A model generated the notes under the pieces. The model was not told where the DNA came from. It saw nothing but the letters and a program-made list of their open reading frames with translations, and ran no database searches. Both the position numbers and the translations under genes were made by a program. Below are positions 1-11,855 of a DNA stretch of 64,000 nt, one piece after another; the first letter of the stretch is position 1, and every line of letters begins with the position of its first letter. The DNA comes from Amoebophrya sp. A120. Its lineage: Eukaryota > Protista > Dinoflagellata. Location: positions 1,087,486 through 1,151,485 of the forward strand of contig CAJINV010000010.1 in NCBI GenBank assembly GCA_905178155.1, given 5' to 3'.

Positions 1-25
1 GGTGGGGGCGTTTTTGCATATGATG

Positions 26-3000
26 CGTTACGTGTTTGAGTTACTTCCCCTGGTTCGACATTATGTTCCCCGAGGGAAATGAGCTCTGCACCTCCTCTCC
101 CGAGTTCTGCGACCGAATTCTATTACCCGCGCGGCTGTACATGGACCTGATTCTGAACATCCCCGTGATCACGTTCGCCATGTCGCTCATTCTATCAAAT
201 GCAAAAATGTCTGGGTCTGGAAACTTGTGATGCAAGTCAGTCAATAACACATGCGCTGTAATGCGCCGCCAAGCATGACAAGTTCCTTCGTGCTTCTGTG
301 CTGCGTATTCCGCATGAGAAGCTGCGTTTTTGCATGACGAGCGAGAGAGGCTGTTTGTGGTCACGCAATACAGATTTAAGGGCCATGCCAGATCAGCATG
401 ACAAATCTCGCAATCTTCCAGACGCAGACATTTTTGCATTTGATACATTCCGGGCATAGCCGGCGGGACCATGTCCGTCACGGAGGTGTATCCTGTGCAA
501 AAGTATCGTACCCTTAAGGTAAACCCGCATTACAAATTTTATTTCTCATGCTGAGGGGTATATGCATTTATACGAGTGCGATACTTTTGCAGTGCATAAG
601 GTGTTACCCTTCACGATTTTCCCCTACTTCGTGATGCTGTGTGCGCCCTTTTTGGTGGTGGTTTTGACCCTATGGCCCATGCTGTCCATCATCGCACACG
701 GCCTGGGGTCGGTGTACATGATGCTGGGCGCTTTGTTCTACGTAGCCTACGCATTGGTCCTGTCCTACGGTGCTTTCAAAGGAATGCACACCATGACGGC
801 GTTTGAAGACTTGGGATCGGAAATCTACTTATGAACTGCAAAAGTATCGTATTCGTCTAAATGCATGCAGTACGTTGGAATGTTGTTTTTGGTTGGGATG
901 TTGAGCATCACTACGAAATGTTGAAAATATACTGCGACAGGATTTTTGCGCGCAAGCATCGCAAAAGCAAAAGCAAAGCAATGGCGTACCCTTTTCCCTG
1001 TGAAAGCAAAACAGAACATCCGAACCCGAGAAAACACTCCACATCTCTCCAAGCCGATGGATTGCGCAAAACATTCGATTGCCGGAAAAAGAACAATCGA
1101 AAGAAAAACAGCAATGCAATGGTCTACGGGAGAAGTGAATTGCTGGCAACAGTGGCCCGCAGTTGCCCCGATGTGGTGTGGTGATTTTCTTGCGCGCACG
1201 CAAAAAAGAGGGCAAGACGCGATATCAGCGAAAGAATTTCCCAGCTGTCGTTTTGATATGGAACCAACAAAAGGCAACTTTGGAAAATGGGCGAAAGGAC
1301 TCAAAAGCAGGAGCCTCGCTCAAAATAAAATGTAAAGCAACGCTAAGAAATACGCAGCGCAAAAAACAAAATCGAAGCAAAACCAGCAATGCAATGGTCT
1401 AAGGGAAAAGCGCATTGCTGGCGCAAATAGCTACAAGATGCTAGCAGCAGCGGCGCCGGCGCACCTTGGCCCCTATTAAATGCGAGCGCGAAGAAGAGAA
1501 TGCGAAGCCAACAAAGCAGTGCGCTCGCTCTTATTTGGATGGATGCGCTGAAGGCAACAGAAGATAACCTGGGGAGGAAAGACAGCCCCTATAGAGAATA
1601 GCTACGGGGGAAAGGTCCCTGCTACCACGGCAAGCGAGGGGCGGAAATCGACGACGAGCTAGGAAGTTTGAGTGCACGAGAAGCAGAGCCGCTGCGATCA
1701 TCGGAGCGAGTTTGCTTCGGTGCGTGGGGCGAAGGGCGAAGCGAGATTACGGGGGAGGGGGGGGGGAAAGGGCGCGGAGGTCTGCGTTTTCGCCGCGAGC
1801 CGACTCCCCATGCTCGGTCGCCTGTGCGATTTCGATGCCCCGCGCGACGGCGGGCCCAGCCCCCGAAAAAAAAACCAGACGACAGCAGCGCCGGCCCCTG
1901 AAATAACAAAAAGCACGATCGCGCCCGGCGTGGGGCCCTCGCAATGCACGGACGAGCGCACGCATTTTCGAAGAGGAATGGGGGAGCAATGAATCCCAGG
2001 GCCGCAGAATTTCAGCGGGACAACGCGCGACCAAACTGGCTCGGACGCAAGCGGGGCACGCAGCGGCGCACAATTACGGCACACAAGGGCGAACGCAAGC
2101 GGGGGCCCTACGTCCTACAGGAGACAAGAGGGAGCCACGCGCCCTACGAGAGACAAGGGGAGCCGTTGCTGCTGGTGTTTTTCAAGAAAGCCGGGCGACT
2201 TTTTCAGCATGGTCATAAGGCCAGTTCGGATGTAATCCTGGCGACTTTTTCATGGGTTTTTGTGCGTTTTGAAATGATGAAAAACAATCCAAATTGCGAG
2301 CAGTATTGCACTTTTTCAGCCATCACTGCAAGCAAATATGACGCCGATAGGTTTTTTTTGAAGGGGAAAACCACATTTGATCGCGGCGCGCGATGAAATG
2401 TCTACACATTCCAACTAGAACAGCAATTGATCGCAGCAGCTGTTTTGTACGAAATCTACATTCCATCGTAGCAGCAATCGAAATTTCTGCATGCATGACA
2501 AATTCCCTTAGCATGAGAAAGAAAATTTGTAATGCTGTTTTATCTTGAGAAAAAAATTTGTAATGCATGATTGCAATACGAGTACGATGCTTTTGCACAG
2601 GATACTACTCCCGGACGAACGAATCGAAGTTAGAACAACTGTATGAACCGCAAATATGTCTGGGTCTGGAAGGGTGCAAGGTTTGTCATGCTTGTCTAGC
2701 ATGACTGAAAAGTCTGTGATGTGTGTCCAAGAAGAGACCCTTTTGCTTGTCATGCACAAACGCAGTTTCTTTGTCATGCCGAAAGCGCAACACTAAGCCC
2801 TGCAAATATTTCTCATGGAGGTTGGTTGGCTGTGCATTACAGACCATTCACTATTCACAACTAAGCATTGTTACAAGTTTCCAGACCCAGACGCTTTTGC
2901 ATTTGATAAGCTACAGCATATGGCGATTCAGCATTACACGCCGAAGAAGTCGGTGTTTGGCAAGGTGTTGTCAGCTGTGTCGAAAAACAAGTCCACGAAT

Positions 3001-5376
3001 GCGAGCCCTAAAATGTCCCCGGCAGCTCCGAGCGGCGGCAGGGAAAATCAAGTCGTAGTCTGTGGCGGTGAAATGATCCAGAAATGCAACACAACACACA
3101 CGACCCACAGCGAGGCGCTGAGGACCTATAACGGTCGTGTCGACCACCGCTGCACGGAAAAGAACTACGACAGTACGCTGTTGCAAGATGAGGAGGACAA
3201 CAAGATCACCAAAACTCGATCGGAGGAAGAGATTGGGGACTTGGAAATGAGCGAGCACCAGGCGGTCGCGGTACTGGAAGATGTTAACCCGGTCGTCGTG
3301 TTTAATAATGGTAGTACTGGCGATGGACAGCAGGAACAGCAACCGCAAGACTATTCCGCCCAAGAGAACCACACTTTCGAAGACGCCGAGCAGTCGAACG
3401 CAGAAGAGATGCACAGTCTTGACCACCAGAGTTTCGTCGAAGGGCAGCATAGCAAAATGAACCAGAACTCCGCCGCGGACGACGATAGCGAAGATGCTGA
3501 GCAGAAGAACAACAAGCCCTTATCGGTCCGGGTCGTCGGACTAGCCCCGGCTTCCCCCGAGCGGGAAACGAGTCAGCTGAGCATACAGCAAAACGTCACG
3601 GAAGATTCCGGCGGAATCATGCAGTCAACCTTTATAAAGTCCAGCGAGAAACTATGAAAGTGCACAACTCCCCCTCATTTGTATTGCATGCACAGCAATA
3701 TTACAAGCGTTAGAAAGAATACAGTTTTTGCATGCCAAATTTAGACAGGCGTGTAGTGCTATTTGGGCTGCCAGAACTTGCCATGCATACAGTGCTAAGA
3801 GCCAAGGCGTAAGTTAGGCACTTTGCATGACAAACGAGTGGGGGGGCTGTGCACTTTCATAGAAACTCCGAAAGAAGATGTCGCACTACAGCGGCATGAT
3901 AGAATCCCGACTGAAGAACAACCGAACGGGAGGATTACTTGTCGGGTCGACGTTTCTCGGTGGGGTGGACGACATGACGAACAAGGCGAATGGTACAGCA
4001 GGAGGAGGTGTAAATGAAAACAAGCCGAATGTCGAGTACGCACTGGTACAGGCGACGTTGATCAAGCATCTGTGCACGAACGTGAAGAAGAAGATGATGA
4101 ACGTGATGCGCTTGTCACTCCTTATGCAGATTCTGGCGCTGGGGTTCATCGCGGCGGCAATCATCATTGAGGGCAAGGAGTTCATCGATTTGGCCATCAA
4201 TTCCGATATGGTGGCGAGCATCATGCTGCTCTATGAACTGCAAAAGTATCGTACTAGTAGTAGTAATTGCAACACAAATTCGCTCAGCGTGACAAATGGA
4301 ATTTGTCATGCTTATTTAGCTTGAAAAAGAAATCTGTCTTGCATGACTGCGATTAGTACGAGTACGATACTTTTGCACAGGATATGCTCTTCGCGGACGC
4401 AATGATCAACAAGACCATGATGGACCTTATCACTATCGATTTCCAATTCGGAGCGTTTATGCATTGCAAATGTGTCTTGGTCATCTGGAGACACGCAAAC
4501 TTGTCTGTGATGCGTATTTTAGATCACACGAAAATCTGTCATGCATAAACAGCAAGAGCATCGATCCCGTTACCGTTTCTTGTCACCGAGAGCGGAAATT
4601 TGTCATGCGGATTAAGCATTGGTAGGCGCTTGAAAAACCTGTGATGCTAGGGCTTGCATGGCAGACCTTGAGGGTCAAGCAGAGACAGCATGACAAACAG
4701 CTGTGCTCATCCAGACCAAGATAAATTTGCATTTGATAGCGTTGGTCAAAATGCGATTGTACAATGGCTACATGTCCGACGATCAGGACCTGTCCAACCT
4801 GGCGGTCCTTTTCAAATTTTCCGACGCCTTAAACGAACATTTCTGCAAGGGCATCCTCCGGGCGCAGGCCAAGGAGCAGCAGAAGCGGAGCGGGGACAAA
4901 AACGAAACGGATGGGAACAGTGCTACTACGAAAAACCCGACGTCGGTCGGCGCCAAGGGAAGTAGCGCCGCGTATTACAATGAAAAATGCCCCCACGACC
5001 CCCGAACTTGGGAGCATTTGTATTGCAAACCTTTCCAAGTGAAACACTCGCCCTCTTGCATCTATCAGCATCACAGGTTTCCAATCGTGAATAGCAAAAA
5101 TTTGTATTGCAAAAAACCCCAGCAAGAGCGGCGCTTGTCATGCAGGCGATGCGATACACGCCTAGACTCTGCATCAGAAAGATTCACACTCCTTTCATGC
5201 ATGACAAAAAGTTTTCATGTGGAAGCTTCGCATCACAAATTTTTGCAACTTCAGGGGTGGAAGGCATTTTTCACTGTAATACCGCGAAGAATTTGTTTAC
5301 CGCGCCGGTGTCGTTTGTGGCGAACAAAATGGTCTCCGGGGTGAGTCCGCGCTCGAAAAAGGAATGCGTGGATTGA
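26..5376 (+). CDS. Hypothetical multi-pass membrane protein, 3' part (5' end outside window), split by 8 complete introners
   Basis: Exons ~26-192,451-488,604-829,2610-2641,2914-3652,3867-4231,4390-4457,4744-4972,5287-5376 join in one frame after removing each element + one 5-bp DR: ...FAMSLIPGIAGGTMSVTEVLPFTIFPYFVMLC...EIYSRTNESKLEQLQHMAIQHY...KKECVD*. Several hydrophobic segments and an acidic low-complexity middle. Confidence 0.8.
193..445. mobile_element. Introner family A
   Basis: TIR TATCAAATGCAAAAATGTCTG...CAGACATTTTTGCATTTGATA; DR CATTC/CATTC. Confidence 0.92.
489..598. mobile_element. Introner family B (short)
   Basis: TATCCTGTGCAAAAGTATCG...CGATACTTTTGCAGTGCATA; DR AGGTG/AGGTG. 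Confidence 0.9.
830..2604. mobile_element. Introner family B expanded by a nested 1.6-kb insertion
   Basis: Family B ends at 830 and 2604; DR CTACT/CTACT; frame restored on removal. Confidence 0.88.
867..2490. mobile_element. Nested non-autonomous element inside introner
   Basis: Flanked by ATGCAT at 861-866 and 2491-2496; ends GCAG...CTGC with weak imperfect TIR; internal ~45-bp direct repeat (~1104, ~1378); no recognisable transposase. Confidence 0.7.
2642..2908. mobile_element. Introner family A
   Basis: Family A TIRs; imperfect DR AACTG/AGCTA. Confidence 0.85.
3653..3861. mobile_element. Introner family F
   Basis: TATGAAAGTGCACA...TGTGCACTTTCATA; DR GAAAC/GAAAC. Confidence 0.9.
4232..4384. 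mobile_element. Introner family B
   Basis: Family B TIRs; DR TGCTC/TGCTC. Confidence 0.9.
4458..4738. mobile_element. Introner family A (diverged)
   Basis: TATGCATTGCAAAT...ATTTGCATTTGATA; DR GCGTT/GCGTT. Confidence 0.88.
4973..5281. mobile_element. Introner family D
   Basis: TATTACAATGAAAAATGCC...GGCATTTTTCACTGTAATA; DR CCGCG/CCGCG. Confidence 0.92.
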
Positions 5377-6329
5377 GACGTGGAAGAAGGCGGATTTTTT
5401 TTGGTGGGAAAGTAGCGAGGAATCTGAATTTGAATACGAAATGGCTTTAGAAGTTTTTTTAGTAGTTTCACGTAGTATAATCACGACAGCAACAAGCAAC
5501 TCTATCATCTAGAAATAGAAAGCAAAACAGAGTGTGAAAAAAGTTGACAAGATACTGTTTCTGGAAATAAGGCTTGAATAAGTAGAAGAATATCGAAAGA
5601 CCGCGCTTTTTCTCAATATAGCAAATTTTTTAGCAGCAAACTGATTTGAAAAGAATATGCAGATAGTGGTCTCAGCATAGCAAATCGAAAGCATTGACTT
5701 CAAAACTCTCCTTGAAAAATAGCGACTGACTTTATTACAGAATATTTACAAATGATAGATTATTTTCCCATGAAGGTTCGATATCCTCGATTTCCTAGTT
5801 CCATAGATTGCGGACCCTTACACCAACATTCATATGAGTTTGAAAAGTAAAAGCATAGCATGATGAAAAACAAGTGCATACAAATGAAAAGGAAAAATAT
5901 CGAAAGCAAACAGGAATGAAAGAAAAGAAAGAGTCCCCTCTAGCATCCCTGCAAAAGTCGAACGCGAACACAGCGCAGCGCTGGAGCAGTGAACATGAAG
6001 ACACAACATAAATGGGAACGAGAAAATAACATAACAACATGCGCTAGTAATGCTCTCAGCGTTATAATCTATCAGTGCCTAGTACACCTGCACCGCATAG
6101 GTGGGAGGGCATCTTGTGAAGGGGAATCTGTTCCGCAAAGACGACCGCAGTCAACGAGTGAAGAACGAGAGTGTTTGCCAATACCGAGCGCAAATAGAGA
6201 GGCAGCAGGCGAATCTCCGATATTGCACAGATCACGATTGAAAGTCACCGGGGCAGTGAATGGCGAAGATTCTGCGAAGAAGGCCCGCCCTGTGGGCCAG
6301 CAGTGCAGAGCTGAGGAAGCGGGCAAATT

Positions 6330-7300
6330 ATCGCGCGCTCCTGCGCCCCTGCTCTTGGTCCTGCGACCACCTAGCAGCGAAGCCAGTGGCGGCGGCTGGC
6401 GTGTGATTCAGTCGCCCCGCGTGTTGGGTGGCCGCTTTGTTTTCCGGGGGCCCGCCCGGTTGGGCCGCCTGCGCGGGCCGCGCGCGCCCGCGCGCCACGG
6501 CCGGCGGGGTTTTGTGTTGCTGCCAGAGCACCCGGGGAAGGGCCCAGGTAGATGGGTGCCGCCCGGCGGCGGGCCAATAGGCGGCGCGCCCCGCTGCGGC
6601 GCATTGGTTGCGGCATTTCAAAACCAGAAGCAGCCACCGCGATGGAATCGCACGCCCGCGCGCCCCGCGGAAGAAATCTCACGCGCCCGCGGCCGGCGCC
6701 TTCGCGCCCCCTTTTTGCCCCCTCCCCCTCGCCCGTGTCATGATTATTATCAGGCCGGAGAACACGCCGCCGGCCGCGCCCGATTCGGCATCCGCTGGGT
6801 CCAGCGCACACAATTCGAGTCATCATCGCCCGCGCGACGGAAGCCCTGCAGAGTCTCCGCGAGGTGGGGCGAACGCTGCGGAATTCTCTGCCGAATTCAG
6901 CGCGCACATTACGCCGGGCCCGGGCGGCGGGCCTTCTATCAATCTCTCCGCGCGCTCGGGGGATGATCCGGGGCGCCCCATTGCTTTGGCCGGTGTGGCT
7001 GTGTGACTTACTAGCCGGCCGGGCCAAGGTGTTTGCTTGCTGGGCCGGCTGGGTGGTGGCGCCCCCGCTCGTGGCCCTTTTTCGTCCCGGGCCGGCCCGT
7101 TTTTCTTGTGATCTTTGCGCTTGGCGTCGACGTGCCCCTGTGGAGGGCAGGGCAGACGGGACTTGGGTCTGCGCTGGTTTTTTTTGTGCCAGCCTCCCTC
7201 GTTCTACTTGCCGTTGTGGAAGTGGCCCCCGACCGCAGATGGTCCTGTCGCTGTTGCGTATGGATTTTGGCAGCCGACTTCGGTCTCTCGGCCCGTACTC
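6330..7300. repeat. GC-rich non-coding segment, probable dispersed repeat or non-autonomous TE
   Basis: Abrupt very high GC in intergenic DNA; ORFs in all frames are Arg/Gly/Pro/Ala-rich; ends not defined. Confidence 0.35.
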
Positions 7301-7575
7301 GTTGTGGTAGTAGCGGTTGCAAGTAGATACTCTGTATTTATTGCGTCCTTATTAAAAATGCCCATGCGCACGCTTATTTGCTCTTCCTCTTTCAGGCCTG
7401 TTCCCTGTGTGCGGTGTTCTTTTCTCGAGTGCTGATGTGCCACGCCCTTCTTTTCTTGTTGTTCGTGCACGGTTGAAGAAGGCCGTAACAGTTCTCCGCC
7501 TGTTTTTGGCCTCACAGCGTTACTAACCGAACTTAAAATGAGAACTGCAACTGCCCATCTCGTTCTCGTCCCACC

Positions 7576-9930
7576 ATGACTGCCGCCAACCCTTCGCCCC
7601 AGGGTCACGCCTCTGCGGTGGAGGAGCCAGCGGTGGACTACCAGCTCGACCATCGTGTTCCAAGAACGTCATCGTCTAGCACCGAAGATGGATCCACTTC
7701 ACCGGACAAAACCAAACCGATGAACAAGGAGCGCCACCTCCTCACCGGTTGCTATGAACTCCTCCACTTCGGCCACCTCAACGCGTTGCGACAGGTGAAG
7801 CAGTGCTACACCAATTCGCAGTCAAGTACAAGCTCCAGCAGCAGCAGCAGGGACGTCCACGTCGTCGCAGGGATCCACCCGAACGAGGAGATCTTGCGGG
7901 TGAAGGGCGGGGTTTGCATTTTGGACGAAAAGGAGAAGGAAAGACTGCTGTTGGGGTGCAAATTTGTCGACGAGGTGGCGCACAACGTGAGATACGACAC
8001 TATGGCGTTCTCAATTGTTACATTCTCTACTGTTACATGGATTTGTGATGCGAGAGTGGCAAAATTGAAAGGAAGGATCTTGCGCGTCTTGCATGACAGA
8101 TTTGGCACAGATTCTAAGCCTGTTGGGCCGTCTCAGAACTTGTCATGCGAAGCAGCTCGATGGCGTCGATAGTCAAGGTAATTTTGCACGACAAATCATG
8201 TAACAGTTGAGAATGTAACGTTTGAGAACGCCACAGACACGATACAGCCCGAAGAATTCAACTGCGACTACTGCTTATCAAATGCGAAAATGTCTGGGTT
8301 TGGAAGAGTCATGCTGTTTTTGCATGACACAGAAGGTCTGGCATGGAAGCTCTAGCATCACAGGTTTCGAGAAGCTTCCGCGATGCCGAACCCGCATGAG
8401 AAATCCCCCATTTTGGTGACAGAAAGTCGGCAGCTTTTGCTACCTATGCATGAGAGATTTTTCTGTGTTCTAAAATGCGCATCACAAGTTCGGATCCTTC
8501 CAGACCCAGACACTTTTGCAGTTCATACTGCTGGCACGGGGACGATGCGGTGGTGGTGCAAGGTAGGAAATATCTTTTTCGTTTGGTAGTTTGGAGAATC
8601 TGAATCATCACCATGACCACAACTTGCATAATTAATACTACACTCGTCTTTTTTTCATGCGAGACGAACACTTTAGATTTAGAATGGTGGAAACGTATCA
8701 CTTCGCACATGACAAATACCCACTCTACTACTACTCCTCGCTTCCCAGCACAGGCACCGACATATTCGGGTACGCGAAAAACACCGAGAAATTCAAGACT
8801 CTTCGTATGGCCTGCTCAAGCGTTACAATCTCAAGCGTTATAATAGAATCTGGAATTTGTGTTGCATGATGGGCATGACAGACTCGCACAGCGTTCCACC
8901 TTTTGCAATACAAATTTCGACAGAATGTAGAGGGGTTTGGAGCTCCGGAACTTGTCATGCGCAACCCTATGAGAGTTGGCTGGATCAACATGCTCATCAT
9001 GCAAGACAAATCTCAGATTCTATTGTAACGTTTGAGATTGTAACGCCTGAGCGGGTTATACTTCGCCGCACCGAGGGAATTTCAACCACGCTGATGATAG
9101 CGCGGTTTTTCACGAACCAAGAGCGAGAGGGCGGGTTTTCCGGGTCCAACAGCCCGTCGAAGACAACACGAGGTGCAGGAGGTGGAGCTGCTCCGAGCCC
9201 CTCGCCCGCGCTTTCGGAGGAAGAGGAGACGCTGATGGAGATGAGTTGTCTGGGGGAGAATTTGGCGGAGAAGATTCTTTCGAAGCAGGACAAAACGGAA
9301 ATCCAATACATCAACGCGACGGCGTCGCGCATCTCCCGCTTTTTCCTTCCCAACCGGCCGCGGTCGGTGTGCAAATCCGTGGTGTACTTGCAGGGATGCT
9401 TCGACCTGTTCCACGTGGGTTACTTGGACCTGCTCCAGCTGATTCTCGAAACGGAGCGGAAACGGAAGAATTTGGAATCCGTGAAGGACGTCTTTCTCAT
9501 CATCGGGGTGTTGCATCACACAACAACATCTACTACGACGCATAATTCTGATGTTGACAACGACGGCGATCATCATGTCAAGACGCAGTTCTGCCTGCAG
9601 TCCCTGCACGAGCGGGCGATCTCCATGCTGTCGCTGCGGTGCGTGGACGATGTGGTCCTTGACGTGCAAAATAAGGTGGACGAGACGTTTCGACGGTCTC
9701 TGGGGATCACAACGGTGTATGGGATCGAAAACCACTGCGACTTTGTGAACGACGAGAGGAACGCCAGTTGCGTCGACGCGTGGGTGGACGGGTTTGGGTA
9801 CTTTAGCTCGCGGACGATCCAGCTCCGGGTGTTGAAAAGCAGGAAGGTTTTGAAGGAGAGGCAGGCGAAAAAGAAGGAACCCGAGATGGCGGTGGCCGGG
9901 TCGATCAACATGATCGACAGTGGGGCTTGA
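7576..9930 (+). CDS. PCYT2: Ethanolamine-phosphate cytidylyltransferase (two CT domains)
   Basis: Exons 7576-8000,8241-8275,8533-8562,8754-8805,9066-9930 give GCYELLHFGH, GCKFVDEV, CDYCWHGDD, RTEGISTT and a second domain GCFDLFHVGY...SLHERAISMLSLRCVDDVV. Confidence 0.9.
8001..8235. mobile_element. Introner family E
   Basis: TATGGCGTTCTCAA...TTGAGAACGCCACA; DR GACAC/GACAC. Confidence 0.9.
8276..8527. mobile_element. Introner family A
   Basis: Family A TIRs; DR CTGCT/CTGCT; splits the CDYC|WHGDD motif. Confidence 0.92.
8563..8753 (+). other. Canonical GT-AG spliceosomal intron
   Basis: CAAG|GTAGGA...CACAG|GC; joining gives VVQG-TDIFGYAK in frame; no TIR. Confidence 0.8.
8806..9060. mobile_element. 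Introner family E variant
   Basis: TATGGCCTGCTCAAGCGTTACAATCTC...GAGATTGTAACGCCTGAGCGGGTTATA; DR CTTCG/CTTCG. Confidence 0.9.
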
Positions 9931-10149
9931 GTTAGATAAGAGGAAGAGTCTTTCGGGGACAGAAAAGTTTCAGGACTTCGTGAAAAGAGATTTCCTCAAC
10001 CTGCTCGAAGAAAAGCAGGCTCTGAAAAATTTTCAACGCAAGGCCTTGTTTTGTGTTCTCAGAGTTGATTGAGTAGCTGGCTCAACAGTCGTCCGACGCC
10101 ATGAGGGTCCAGCTCTGTGCCTATCAGGCAATAGCCTCTTCGTTTTTTT

Positions 10150-11180
10150 TGCCCAGCCACAGGTGGCGGAAGCGGGCCGGGCGCATTGTCGTGCCGGCCG
10201 CAGGAGAGGGAAACGGGGCGGGCCGGGCAGGTTGGGCGGCCCGCGAAGGCGGCCGGGAAGCGGGGGCGGGCCGGGGGCCTGCTAGAGAGACGCACCCCGC
10301 AACCAGTACCAAGTGCCGCGCCCGGGGCCGCGGGGGCGGGCCCGCTACTTAGGTGTTGCGCGGGAAGTTGAAGCGATCGCGTGGCGCCGCCCTCTGCCCG
10401 CTTCCTTGCCGGCCTATTCACCTCGCACGCCGGGAGCCCGCATCTGCATGCTCGGTGACAGAGGCAGCATTCGAGCAGATGAACGCTGGCAATGACAGCG
10501 AGGGGGCCGCCCTGTTATCGGAGACGCTCGGCGGCCCGCCTGCTAGCCTCCTGCGTCGCTATGCTTGCCCGCCGCCCCCCGGTGTCGCGTCCGTACATCG
10601 GGGGGCGCCTGCTCGTGTGTTGTTGCCGTGTGGGCCCCCCTGGCTGCCCCGCCGCGCGGGCCAGGCCGCCAGTGGCGACGAGGATGGAAGGGAAATGGGG
10701 CCGGGTTGGCTGGGGCCTTTTCGGAAACACACAAAGAAAACCCCGTGCGCCCGGCGCCCAGTGGGCCGGGCCCGGCTGCAGCAAGGGCCTCCCGGCTGAA
10801 GGAGCACGCAGCGCCGTGCGAGCGCGCGCGCCGCGCCACGGCTCCTGCGGTGCAGCACCGGGGGTAGTGTTTGCCGGTCGTCTTCAGAGAAAGTGGGTCG
10901 TCCGCTGGCTTCGCAGCCGCCGGTGGCAGCAAATTGTTTGGATGGCTGCAGGGGGGGCCTCGCCGGTACGTGGGCATGGCCCGTCCGCTGATGGATTGCG
11001 CAGTATACCGCCAGACCGCTCGGACAGAGCTCCTGCTAGTTCGCGTTTTTTGCATGCGAGGAACTCCTATATTAGTGCAGCTGGCTCCTCTTCTTGTAGT
11101 GCAAACGGCGGCCGCGTTACGTGGCCGCCGTTGCGGCGTTCCGGGCTTTTTCGCCTGCCGCCGGTTCTTTGGAGTGTGTT
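10150..11180. repeat. GC-rich non-coding segment, probable dispersed repeat or non-autonomous TE
   Basis: Composition like 6330-7300; only short similarity to it (CGCGCCACGG); ends not defined. Confidence 0.35.
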
Positions 11181-11855
11181 GAAGATGCCGCTGATGTTGC
11201 TGTGCTAATATACGGCGCTCGCGCTTCTACCTTGAAGAAGAAACTCGGTTTGGATGAAAACTACAAGTTCGTTGGAATTCAAAATGAAAGATCGTTGCCA
11301 TTCGGTGTCTAAGTAATTACAAAAATGATACGGGTCAGTGGCTCCTTTTACTACAGATGATCCAGGATAAGTGCAGATCACGCAGACAGGAATTAAATAT
11401 AAATTTTGAAACAAGATCAAAAGCATAAATGTTCATCCCTGAAGATCCAGAGAGACGGAGACTCTGTACGAAGCAGAACTTATCTAGGTCCGACGTCGTA
11501 GCGGTAGTCGTGGTGGGTACCAAGCGTGGAAATCAAAGCCGTTCTTTCTCTAGATCCTTTTCCAGGGTACGACTAACGCATCTTCGATAGGCTTGAGATA
11601 GAGCTCTAAGCAACCTGACTTAATACCGGGAAAAAGTTTTCGTGTGTATAGGAGTAGCAGACAGGAGCTGTAGCAGAAGCAGTACTGATTCTTGCGGTAG
11701 CTTATGTCGAAATCATGTTAATATTCCGAATTCGAGTGTGGTTTTCCGAAAGCGAAAAGGTCCGCCTATGATATTTTCGCTTTAGATGAACATTCATCAG
11801 TCGAGTATCGTACTACACAATCAAATTACACAAACTTTCTTCGAATTAAAACGCT

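Noticed and set aside
5989-7027. 325-aa and 218-aa ORFs
   Set aside because: GC-rich stop-poor DNA open in several frames; Arg/Gly/Pro-rich with no motifs
8222-8589. Many short ORFs sharing PDPDIFA, CKSIVLV or KNVPTP peptides as a gene family
   Set aside because: These are translations of introner TIRs in various frames, not proteins
10353-11208. Overlapping 148-238-aa ORFs
   Set aside because: Same GC-richness artefact
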